From positions 64,078 to 128,077 of the forward strand of contig CALWAS010000009.1 of NCBI GenBank assembly GCA_944375905.1: a stretch of DNA of 64,000 nucleotides, written 5' to 3'. The stretch is from an uncultured Bacilli bacterium. GTDB lineage: Bacteria > Bacillota_I > Bacilli_A > RFN20 > CAG-826. A program made the position numbers and the translations under genes. Position 1 is the stretch's first letter, and each line of letters begins with the position of its first letter. The notes under the pieces are model-generated. The model did no database searches, was not told the origin of the DNA, and saw only the letters and a list, made by a program, of their open reading frames with translations. Below are positions 47,701 through 54,488 of the stretch, piece after piece.

Positions 47701-47831
47701 CGGCCTGTCGAAACGTACCAGGGCTCGCGCTTTGCTTCTTTTTCGAGTCCCTTGACCGAATCGAGGGCCAATCCGCCCTCGTCTTCGTAGGACTCGTTAT
47801 TGTTATCGTTCATACTTGCATTTCTCTCCAT
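44703..47831 (-). CDS. malF: Sugar ABC transporter permease (MalF type) with ~500-aa inserted soluble domain
   Basis: 1042 aa. The C-terminal ~340 aa form a canonical MalF/CUT1 core (EAA loop YESSQIDGASKWRQFWSITMPY). The N-terminus has about 4 hydrophobic segments (aa 47-188). Residues ~190-697 are charged and K/R-rich with no hydrophobic segment. ATG 47813 is an alternative start. Confidence 0.8.
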   Translation of the reverse strand: MERNASMNDNNNESYEDEGGLALDSVKGLEKEAKREPWYVSTGRSFGRFLAKLAVGILGFLFDAIKGVFTIVFGLFFGIYKAIVGVGKAFRTAHRNFYEIDGYGKASYFAMGLSHFKRKLYIDGIIYLAIEIIFILWFALVGWTSIANLSLSEQVSEEFTNQGNQVPLIQGILSVIVIIAFVIVYSIYLKSVHDIYVIHNEIAFKDANARALYAIENNASFQDVRECKTARGRREVLMRNHGFSRLAARYASYLPWNRLDPKPHGIEALFDEAVRYYDKARAKVYSFYDDLRKKIRLKGLGDLFAHFLEWDLIERKSTRGYSSVRDLANRRYLSFIHTYDKYNDFHSRERTLKSYISVLEQPKAIEDCVYSRDPISQKGGLDAKGGPDMPLVYALRDPSKYIRAAFPEELIGVSRKKKDIQATMNERLAMDGKLCAALSEIFYVANEASKKAKVPGHEPLKDGKIDKAGLYGMDFDAVLKVYLEYYEGRAREYAKKHASENETSPKLIASRIVGLFGCDYKIAVNVARMYLLAKKMGSKPAPANKLPSFTKSGKVNKFALAGKSTLDGLALFLESYRNALSAFEKENADRKASALAKAEIYSRPSEYLAAAKAGRNALLSAIEKDYPNLTDFDLDEVVRDYLWALKEDRKGKDAPSFERIMAMKGKEAETYATLAQEDFHGQLMRFSKKMKTYLDERFAVTVLALPVLGSLVVSIVPLIFSMLIAFTNWDRYTYANRHFVWNPSAWASLFGLGGGDPLFLPTFLELLVWTLVWAVLATFLNYIFGIIVALMINRKGIKLKKMWRTLFVVTIAIPQFITLLCMRNILGSSGPVNTWLLTQGWYTDGVAPALGFTYANGDPKPFPFLGDLANQGSLPYDGTNPFVLAFTRAFWAKVTIVLVNIWVGIPYTMLSTSGILMNIPDDLYESSQIDGASKWRQFWSITMPYILFVTGPSLLTSFIGNINNFNVIYFLTGGGAETTPGLYYKAGNTSLLITWIYKLSTGNQASYNEASVMGCIIFAICGFFSIIAYKRMGSVKNEEEFQ

Positions 47832-47888
47832 TGCAGGTGCTCAGAAAGAAGGGGACGGAGGATGACCCCCGTCCCCAAGAGGATCGGC

Positions 47889-49181
47889 TTAGGCGATCGT
47901 GCCGTTTTGGATGAGATCGGTGGTGACCCAGCCGGTGGTGCTCACGAGAGCGCGGAGAGCGCCCTTGGCGCCATCGAGGCCGGTGCCGTAGTCGCCCCAA
48001 TTACCGGTTTCGACGTTCGTCCAGAAGGTCTCCATCGGCGACCAGAAGTCGTTGGTGACGTTGACGCCCTGCGGGACGACGTTCGGGAGCTGCGCGTTGA
48101 TGGCGTTCATGAACGGGTTGTCGGAGAGATCGGCCTCTTTCATGACATCGAGGTTGGTCATGCCGTAGCCGAGTTCGGTCTGGTAGGTCTTCTGGTTATC
48201 TTCGTTCGTCATGAACTTCGCGAAGGCACGGGCGGCAGCGACGTACTCGTCGCCGCGGGACTCGACGTAGTTGTTGATGACGACGGCCTTGTAGCCGAGG
48301 AACGGCGTGAGCTGCGCCGCGGTCGTCCCGACGGTCAGGGTCGGGAGCTCGGCGACGGCGATGTTCTTGTTCGAGGCGATGAAGGTGTTGTAGTCGTTCC
48401 AGAGGATCGTCGCGCCCATCGTCCCGTCGGCGAAGCCGTTCTCGACTTTGGAGTTGGAGACGTCGAAGACCCAGGTCGCGCCGTATTCGTTGCGGAGGTC
48501 CATGACCTGCTGCGCGATCTGGGCGCCCTTGGTGGAATAGAAGTCGGTGTCCATGTAGATCTTGCCGTCTTCGCCGGTCTTGACGCCCATCTTGAGGCCG
48601 TGGCCGACGAGCGGGGAGATGGAATACCACCCGGTGGTGATGTCGTAGTTGAAGGTCTTGCCGGCGGCCTTGCAGGCGGCGAGGATGCCCTCGACGCTCT
48701 TGGCCTGATCGGCGCTCACGACGGTCTTGTCGTAGAAGAGCATGTAGCTGTTGTCGCCGCGGTACGGGTAGCCGTAGAGGGTGCCGTCGATCGAGCAGGC
48801 GTCCACCGCTTCCTGGCCGTCGCTCGCGACGATCGCGGCCTTCTCCTCATTGGTGAGCGCGAGGAGGGTTTCGCCCTGGACCGCGGTGCGGATGTTGTCG
48901 TCGGCCATGCAGATGACGTCGGCCGAGTTCGTCTTATCGGCGGTCAGGAGTTTCTGAGTGTCGCCTTCGCCGACGGTCTGGCTGACTTCGATGGTCCAAT
49001 CGGCGTAATCCGGGTTGGCCTCCTTGAAGTCGTCGATGATCGCTTCGACGGTTTTCTTGTCGGTCGGCGGGCACCAGATGGTAATGGTGTTGGTGGCACC
49101 GGCGGAAGGACCGCAAGCCGCAAGCGCGCCGAGGGTAAGAACGCCACCGGCAACGAGGGCTAGCTTCTTTTTGTTAAACAT
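47889..49181 (-). CDS. malE: Maltodextrin/sugar ABC transporter substrate-binding lipoprotein (MalE type)
   Basis: 430 aa. Lipobox LAAC, AAAGGAG RBS, and CUT1 SBP-like sequence (TITIWCPPTDK..., WNDYN). First gene of malEFG. Confidence 0.8.
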   Translation of the reverse strand: MFNKKKLALVAGGVLTLGALAACGPSAGATNTITIWCPPTDKKTVEAIIDDFKEANPDYADWTIEVSQTVGEGDTQKLLTADKTNSADVICMADDNIRTAVQGETLLALTNEEKAAIVASDGQEAVDACSIDGTLYGYPYRGDNSYMLFYDKTVVSADQAKSVEGILAACKAAGKTFNYDITTGWYSISPLVGHGLKMGVKTGEDGKIYMDTDFYSTKGAQIAQQVMDLRNEYGATWVFDVSNSKVENGFADGTMGATILWNDYNTFIASNKNIAVAELPTLTVGTTAAQLTPFLGYKAVVINNYVESRGDEYVAAARAFAKFMTNEDNQKTYQTELGYGMTNLDVMKEADLSDNPFMNAINAQLPNVVPQGVNVTNDFWSPMETFWTNVETGNWGDYGTGLDGAKGALRALVSTTGWVTTDLIQNGTIA

Positions 49182-49250
49182 TAATTGGATTCTCCTTTCC
49201 GAGCCGGATCCAACTTACCTGTGAACCGGCCCCTGTTTAACTGCGTTTAT

Positions 49251-49264
49251 TGTAAGCGCATTCA
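49251..49264. promoter_or_regulatory. LacI/CcpA-type (cre-like) operator 1 in the malE promoter region
   Basis: TGTAAGCGCATTCA fits WTGNAANCGNWNNCW. It overlaps the candidate -10 (TACAAT on the - strand). Confidence 0.55.
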
Positions 49265-49283
49265 TAGAGCCCGCAAGTGCAAA

Positions 49284-49297
49284 TTTAAGCGCTTACA
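49284..49297. promoter_or_regulatory. LacI/CcpA-type operator 2 in the malE promoter region
   Basis: The - strand reads TGTAAGCGCTTAAA, with the perfect core palindrome TAAGCGCTTA. It lies 33 bp from operator 1 (start to start) and shares the TGTAAGCGC half-site. Confidence 0.55.
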
Positions 49298-49593
49298 AAT
49301 GTTCAGTTCCGAACCCTTCCGGGCATGGAAACGCTCGATGGCGCCTTGCGTGCGCCCTCGAATGGGATTCGCCGTCCGCCTGCGCACGCGGGAACCCGTG
49401 CGAGGGTCGGTTCCCTGCTTCTTTCTGAAAAACCGGCAAGACGTCGGCATTTTTTTCGGCAATCGCCGACACCGCCGACCAACGATTGGGGACTTCCTTT
49501 TCTCCTGGCTCAGGAAGACTATCGACGCAGAGAGCAAAGGCAACGCCTAAAGTACTTTCTGTATAACGAAACAAAAAAGATTTTCATGAAGAA

Positions 49594-49617
49594 AAGACCT
49601 CCTTTGAAGAGGCCTTT
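49594..49617. terminator. Hairpin terminator after the 315-aa CBM lipoprotein gene (T-runs on both strands)
   Basis: AAGACCTCC-TTTGA-AGAGGCCTT with G:U pairs. It is flanked by TTTTCC on the + strand and TTTTCTTC on the - strand, and lies 49 nt after the stop at 49666. Confidence 0.55.
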
Positions 49618-49665
49618 TCCCAATATTTTCAGAAACAACCCGGATCGACGAGGGCAACGCTTTGG

Positions 49666-50613
49666 CTAGGCCGCGAGGCTCACGCCGCCGGCGATGCTCC
49701 CCGCATAGTCGAGGACCGTGTCCTTCTGGAGATCGACCTCGAAATGGCCGCCCATCCCGGGAAGGTAGATTTTGACCGTCCCGTCCTTGATGAGGCGGAA
49801 CTCGAATTCCCACTTCTGGGCGGCAAGGTCGGAGATAGTCACCGTGAATCCGGTCGCCCCGGCCCGCATGGTCCCGCTGCCGTCGGCATTCCAGTTGTTG
49901 AAGCCGCCGGCGACGGCAACCGTGTCATAGGCGGAAGCGTCGAAATCAGAGAGGGCCAAGTTGACCGTCAGGTCGAACTTCGACGCTTCGGGATCGGCCG
50001 GCCACTGGGTCCAGCTCCAGCCTTCGATGACGGTCGCGAAATCGTCGCTCCCGACGTTGATGATCGGGTTCTTCGTCGCCTCGTCCTTGGGGAAGGTATC
50101 GGGGACCTTTCCCTCGCCCGACCAGAAGTTGTTGGCGTTGGTGTCGGTCGTGACGGCAACGAGCTTGTATTGGATGAGGGCGCCGCTGGCAAGGGCGCCG
50201 AAATCGAAGAAATAGGTGTCGACGCCGGCCGAATAGGGAGTCAGGAAGAAATCCTCGTCGCGGGCCGCGTCCCAATGGTCCGTGCCGCCCCAATTGCCAA
50301 CGATTTGGATATCGACGTAATCAGGGACGTTCTCGATCTTGAATAGACGGACGTAGCCGTGGTCGGAGGGAAGATCCTCCCCCGTTCCCTCGGAAGAATC
50401 CGGCTTCGATGACGAGACGGCGCTTTCTTCCTCCGAGGAAGAAGAACTTTCATGCGAAGATGAGGTATCCTCGACGATGGAAGTGTCTTGCGAGCTCTCG
50501 GCGCTTTGGCTATCCGTCGATGAAGACGAGCTTTCCCCGCTTGGGGAGCAGGCGGCGAGAATGAGGCCAGCCCCGAAAACGAGGGCGAGGCCGAGTTTGC
50601 TAGTTTTAAACAT
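49666..50613 (-). CDS. Non-catalytic surface lipoprotein with one A-B pair of carbohydrate-binding-like modules
   Basis: I take ATG 50613 (MFKTSKLGLALVFGAGLILAAC). A Ser/Glu tether follows, then module A (YVRLFKIENV...FFDFGA...IQYKLVAV...KNPIINV). Module B contains GGFNNWN, reminiscent of CBM48/AMPK-beta glycogen-binding modules. It is a paralogue of the next gene. Confidence 0.7.
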   Translation of the reverse strand: MFKTSKLGLALVFGAGLILAACSPSGESSSSSTDSQSAESSQDTSIVEDTSSSHESSSSSEEESAVSSSKPDSSEGTGEDLPSDHGYVRLFKIENVPDYVDIQIVGNWGGTDHWDAARDEDFFLTPYSAGVDTYFFDFGALASGALIQYKLVAVTTDTNANNFWSGEGKVPDTFPKDEATKNPIINVGSDDFATVIEGWSWTQWPADPEASKFDLTVNLALSDFDASAYDTVAVAGGFNNWNADGSGTMRAGATGFTVTISDLAAQKWEFEFRLIKDGTVKIYLPGMGGHFEVDLQKDTVLDYAGSIAGGVSLAA

Positions 50614-50676
50614 GTTTGAACCTTTCTTGGCGGCAGAAAGCCGTCGAATAGTTGAGAAACGCTTTATCTGAGGCAA

Positions 50677-52305
50677 TCAGGCGGCAAAGGCAAGGCCGGC
50701 CGTCGTGCCCGTCAAGACGAACTCCTGGCCGCTTTCGACGACATTGAGTTTAAGGTTGACGTTCGAGCCGGCGGCGATCCAGTTCGTCTGATCGCCTGCC
50801 TTGTTTTGGACCTTGAAGCCGAATTCGAATGCGCCAAGGCGCGTGGCGACGTCTCCTTCGTAGGTATGCCCGTCCTTAAGCGTGAGGAGGGTCGACGACC
50901 ACGCGTCGCGGATGAACGATCCATGGATCCAAAGAGTGTCGCCGGCATTGAGGATGAGGTCGTCGATCGTCACCGTCACGTGGAACTTGGCCGGGGCATT
51001 GAGGAAGGTGAAGTCCGCGATGGCAGGGTCATTTTCGCCTTCAACCACGAAATAGGGGTTGACGCTTCCATCCTCGTCTTTCCAAGTATCGCCCTCGTAA
51101 CCGAGCTCGAAATCCCAGAACGAAAGGCTATCCGCGCTCGTCGCCACGAGCTTGAACTTGATGACGTGGCCGACTTCCTGCGTCCCGAAGTCGAAGGAGT
51201 AAACGCCATCCTCGACCTCGGCAAGGAGGTTCGAAGTTCCCTCTAGCGAGGCATCCCAGGAATTGAAATCGCCGGCAATCCGGATGTCGACGCCTTCGGC
51301 CACGTTATCGATCTCGAATTTCCGGGTGTAGTGCTCGATCGTTTCCGCCGGAGTGGCAACCGTCAGGCCGTTCGGCTGGGCGATCGAGCCGGAGTAGGCG
51401 ATTTCGACATTGGCATCGACAATCGTTACCTCGTAGTTCTGCCCCGCGGCAGGCTGGAGATAAACATAGCTTTCGCCGACCATGTAGACGGTTCGGAAAT
51501 AGTACTGGTAAGTCTCGGGGAGAAGCCCAGAAACGGTCGCCTCGAAAAGGCGCCCGTCCTCGCTATCCATGAGGATTCCGCTGCTCCAGTTGTTACTGGC
51601 GTAGAGATAGATGCCGCCATGGGCTTCTTCCGAATAGTCGTCGAGGGTAAGGCTCACCTTGAAGTCGTAGCGCGGGGACGAGGGATCGACTGGCCAAGTC
51701 GCGAAGCTCCAGCCGGTGACGGTCGCGTCGGAAGAAGTCGTGCAGACGATGTAAGGGTTCTTGCTCGTCCCGTTTTCCTTGAGCATGTCGCCGGAATAGA
51801 TGCCCTCGTAAGTCCAGACGCTCGTCGAGGCGGCGGTCGTCGCGACGATCTTGTATTCGATTTCCTCATTGATCGCGACGGTGCCGAAATTGAACGAGTA
51901 GAGTCCTTTCGCGGCATCCACCGCCGTCATGAGGTTGCTATCGTCGAGCTTGTCCTCGAATAACGGCCCGGCTATGAGCCGGAGGCTGGCGTAGCTAGGA
52001 AGGGCGGCGCCATCGGGCCCGAGGACCTCGAAGGTCCGGGTGTAGTTTTCGATCGTGTTGGGATCGCTTGTCCCTTCTTCGCTGGAAGAAAGGCTTTCTT
52101 TCGACGAGTCCGGGTCGCTCGAAGCCGGCGTCGAACTCGACTGGATCGAGGTGCTTTCCTCCTTGCTTGAGGAACTATCCTCTTTGCTGGAGGTAGCCCC
52201 CTCCGAAGAATGGGCGCTCGACGACGTGGCGCCCGCAGGTGCGCACGACGCTAGGCCGAGCCCAATGAAAAGGGTCGCCCCAAGCGCCGCTTTCCGAAAA
52301 TCCAT
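50677..52305 (-). CDS. Non-catalytic surface lipoprotein with two A-B pairs of carbohydrate-binding-like modules
   Basis: 542 aa. Lipobox GLASC at Cys21 and a Ser/Glu/Thr tether at aa 22-82. A1 aa ~84-190 (TIENYTRTFEV, LYSFNFGT, IEYKIVAT, KNPYIV). B1 aa ~212-296. A2 aa ~322-421 (TIEHYTRKFEI, VYSFDFGT, IKFKLVAT, VNPYFV). B2 aa ~440-522. No catalytic motifs seen. Confidence 0.7.
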   Translation of the reverse strand: MDFRKAALGATLFIGLGLASCAPAGATSSSAHSSEGATSSKEDSSSSKEESTSIQSSSTPASSDPDSSKESLSSSEEGTSDPNTIENYTRTFEVLGPDGAALPSYASLRLIAGPLFEDKLDDSNLMTAVDAAKGLYSFNFGTVAINEEIEYKIVATTAASTSVWTYEGIYSGDMLKENGTSKNPYIVCTTSSDATVTGWSFATWPVDPSSPRYDFKVSLTLDDYSEEAHGGIYLYASNNWSSGILMDSEDGRLFEATVSGLLPETYQYYFRTVYMVGESYVYLQPAAGQNYEVTIVDANVEIAYSGSIAQPNGLTVATPAETIEHYTRKFEIDNVAEGVDIRIAGDFNSWDASLEGTSNLLAEVEDGVYSFDFGTQEVGHVIKFKLVATSADSLSFWDFELGYEGDTWKDEDGSVNPYFVVEGENDPAIADFTFLNAPAKFHVTVTIDDLILNAGDTLWIHGSFIRDAWSSTLLTLKDGHTYEGDVATRLGAFEFGFKVQNKAGDQTNWIAAGSNVNLKLNVVESGQEFVLTGTTAGLAFAA

Positions 52306-52396
52306 TCGTCAAATCTCCTTTCCTCCGCCGAAGCGGAACTGACAAATGTATCGTCCACTTACTCTATTCGTCTCTTCAATACTGGGCAAGCGAAAA

Positions 52397-52410
52397 TGTA
52401 ACCGGTTTCA
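52397..52410. promoter_or_regulatory. LacI/CcpA-type operator upstream of the CBM-lipoprotein operon
   Basis: TGTAACCGGTTTCA (- strand TGAAACCGGTTACA) is a 14-bp near-palindrome fitting TGNAANCGNTTNCA. It lies just upstream of a candidate TTGCCC-N17-TAGAGT promoter. Confidence 0.5.
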
Positions 52411-52421
52411 AGGAGCAAATG

Positions 52422-52443
52422 AAAAAAGGCCCCAAATGGGGCC
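52422..52443 (-). terminator. Rho-independent terminator after rpmA
   Basis: GGCCCC-AAAT-GGGGCC hairpin followed by T6 on the - strand. It lies 20 nt after the rpmA stop. Confidence 0.8.
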
Positions 52444-52463
52444 CTCTTGGCTATCGCGCTAAA

Positions 52464-52754
52464 TTAGTTGGCAGCTTCGGCATAGACGGAGATGCGCTTC
52501 CCCTTCTTGCCGACGCGCTCGAACTTCACGGTGCCCGACACCTTCGCGAAGATGGTATCGTCGCCGCCGATGCCGCAACCGATGCCCGGCTTCACCTTGG
52601 TTCCGCGCTGGCGGTAAAGGATGTTGCCGGCAATCACGTGCTGGCCATCGCCGACCTTGGCTCCGAGCCGACGTCCGATCGAATCACGCCCGTTCCGGGT
52701 GCTCGAGACGCCTTTCTTCGAAGCGAAGAGCTGCAAGTTGACTAGGACTCTCAT
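52464..52754 (-). CDS. rpmA: 50S ribosomal protein L27 with cleavable N-terminal propeptide
   Basis: I take ATG 52754: [25 protein letters not shown].... The LQLFASKKG junction is the Prp cleavage motif known in Firmicutes. The track ORF extends upstream in the same frame across prp. Confidence 0.9.
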   Translation of the reverse strand: MRVLVNLQLFASKKGVSSTRNGRDSIGRRLGAKVGDGQHVIAGNILYRQRGTKVKPGIGCGIGGDDTIFAKVSGTVKFERVGKKGKRISVYAEAAN

Positions 52755-53062
52755 GCTTGTTTCCTTTCCAGGGCCACCGCCTCGGGATACGAGACGGCAA
52801 GGCTCTTGATCTGGGCCTCCAGCGTCATCATGACGTGGCGGTCGTAAATCGAGGGTTCCTCTTTGAAGAGGACTTCGATCTTCCCTTCCTCGACCTTGTA
52901 AGAGAGGCCGCCTTCTTCGTCGAAGGCATTTATGCCCCCGAGGAGAACGGCGCTCACCCCGGCGCAAACGAGATCTTTCCCGTAAGGCGCCGTCAAGGCA
53001 TGCCCCTCGGCCGAGAAGCCGACGGGCCCTTTTTTATCGTAGAGGAAGGAACACTTCACCAT
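52751..53062 (-). CDS. prp: Ribosomal-processing cysteine protease Prp
   Basis: 103 aa. FSAEGHA (His) and LVCAGVSAV (Cys) form the catalytic dyad context. It sits between rplU and rpmA, with an ATGA overlap with rpmA. Confidence 0.85.
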   Translation of the reverse strand: MVKCSFLYDKKGPVGFSAEGHALTAPYGKDLVCAGVSAVLLGGINAFDEEGGLSYKVEEGKIEVLFKEEPSIYDRHVMMTLEAQIKSLAVSYPEAVALERKQA

Positions 53063-53371
53063 TTAGGCGTTGATCGATTTGACGACGAGGCAGGTATAGG
53101 GCTGGCGGTGTCCTTGCTTCTTGCGGACATTGGCCTTGGCCTTGTACTTGTAGACGACGAGCTTCTTGCCGAGCCCCTGCTTTTCGAGCTTGCAGGTGAC
53201 CGTGGCGCCCTTCACGTAGGGGGTGCCGACGACGGTCTTCTCGCCGCCGAGGAAGACGACCTTGTCGAGGGTCACTTCGCTTTCCGGCTCGCCCGCGAGG
53301 CGCTCGACGAAGATCCGGTCGCCAACGGCAACCTTGACTTGCTTCCCGCCCGTTTCGACGATTGCGTACAT
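53063..53371 (-). CDS. rplU: 50S ribosomal protein L21
   Basis: 102 aa. [23 protein letters not shown].... Confidence 0.92.
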   Translation of the reverse strand: MYAIVETGGKQVKVAVGDRIFVERLAGEPESEVTLDKVVFLGGEKTVVGTPYVKGATVTCKLEKQGLGKKLVVYKYKAKANVRKKQGHRQPYTCLVVKSINA

Positions 53372-53483
53372 GTCTTGCTCCTTTCTTGACTTAGACTCGC
53401 TTCGTTCGGCCGAATCCCGACGGTGATTCAGTTAGGCGCCGAAAAAAGGCGGTTGAGGCCCTAAGGAGGGCGACAACGCGCGT

Positions 53484-53512
53484 ATTATACCCAGCCGGGC
53501 TGATGAGTGGAA
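53484..53512 (-). promoter_or_regulatory. Candidate sigma-A promoter of rplU-prp-rpmA, giving a ~105-nt leader
   Basis: The - strand reads TTCCAC-N17-TATAAT. The leader could correspond to the ribosomal L21 leader of Firmicutes, but I could not verify its structure. Confidence 0.5.
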
Positions 53513-53530
53513 GAAATATTTGCCGCCGGA

Positions 53531-54253
53531 TCAATCCCTGCCGCCTCGCATTGAAGCGGAATCGCCGCTTTTCCCCTTCCCTCTCAAGAGGGCGCTTTCC
53601 GCAAAGGAGAAATACTCGCTGCCGGATACGATGAGATGGTCGAATAGCTCCAGCCCGACGCCTTCCGCCCTGCTCGATAGAACCGCCGTGAAAAGGATGT
53701 CCTCCTTCGAGGGAAGGACCCGACCCGAAGGATGATCATGGATCAATACGAAGCGCGACGCCCCGCTTCTTAAGACTGCGGAGAGCGCCTTTCTCAAGGG
53801 AAGGGCGACCGATTTCCTTCCCCCGCCGAACACCTCGCTTGAGCCGACGGGCCTATCTTCCCGGTCGAGGAAAAGGAGGAAACACGATTCCTCGCGCCCC
53901 GTTGAAAGCCTCCCTTTTACGTATGGGAGGACGCCTTTGGGGGAATAACGAGGGGGTTTTGCCTCCTCGATTGAGGCTCTTTTTGCCAGTTCGAAGGCAG
54001 AAAGTATCGATAAGGCCTTGGCTTTTCCGATTCCGGGCACGGAAAGCAAATCGGGCAATGTGGTGAGGGAAAGCCCGTAAAGGGAGCCGTACTTCCGCAA
54101 AAGGCTGCCGGCGAGCGAAAGCACGTCCTCGCCCTTCCTTCCTGAAGTATTGAGGACGAGGGCGAGCAGCTCGCTTTCGCTAAGCGAGCCCACTCCGCGC
54201 CCCATGGCTTTCTCGCGGGGGCGGAGATGGGGCGAAAGCAAGAGCGCGCTCAC
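53531..54253 (-). CDS. radC: RadC-family JAB/MPN domain protein
   Basis: 240 aa. N-terminal HhH (LLSVPGIGKAKA) and a C-terminal JAMM-like LIHDHPSGRVLPSKEDILFT. Confidence 0.85.
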   Translation of the reverse strand: MSALLLSPHLRPREKAMGRGVGSLSESELLALVLNTSGRKGEDVLSLAGSLLRKYGSLYGLSLTTLPDLLSVPGIGKAKALSILSAFELAKRASIEEAKPPRYSPKGVLPYVKGRLSTGREESCFLLFLDREDRPVGSSEVFGGGRKSVALPLRKALSAVLRSGASRFVLIHDHPSGRVLPSKEDILFTAVLSSRAEGVGLELFDHLIVSGSEYFSFAESALLRGKGKSGDSASMRGGRD

Positions 54254-54456
54254 TTCCAGTCGAAGCTCCAGCCGCCCGGAATCTTCACCCCTCCGTCGCT
54301 CGACTTGAGGAGGCGGTAAATCACCACCGCCATCACCGCGATGACCATCACGGCCATGACCGCCGTGAGGGTTAGGGCCTCACCCGGGCGCGTCGACATG
54401 AGCTCGAGTTCGCTTAGTTCCTTGCCTTCCATCCTAAAAATCCTCCTTGCACCCAT
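54250..54456 (-). CDS. Small single-pass membrane protein, unknown function
   Basis: 68 aa (60 aa if started at ATG 54432). One TM segment LTLTAVMAVMVIAVMAVVIY. Its stop overlaps the radC start. Confidence 0.4.
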   Translation of the reverse strand: MGARRIFRMEGKELSELELMSTRPGEALTLTAVMAVMVIAVMAVVIYRLLKSSDGGVKIPGGWSFDWK

Positions 54457-54488
54457 ATATAGGGAAGCAAAGAGGATTTAGGACGAAG

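Noticed and set aside
53372-53483. Calling the rplU 5' UTR an L21 ribosomal-protein leader RNA.
   Set aside because: Its position and length fit, but I cannot recall the consensus well enough to verify the structure from sequence alone. A covariance-model search (Rfam L21_leader) is needed.
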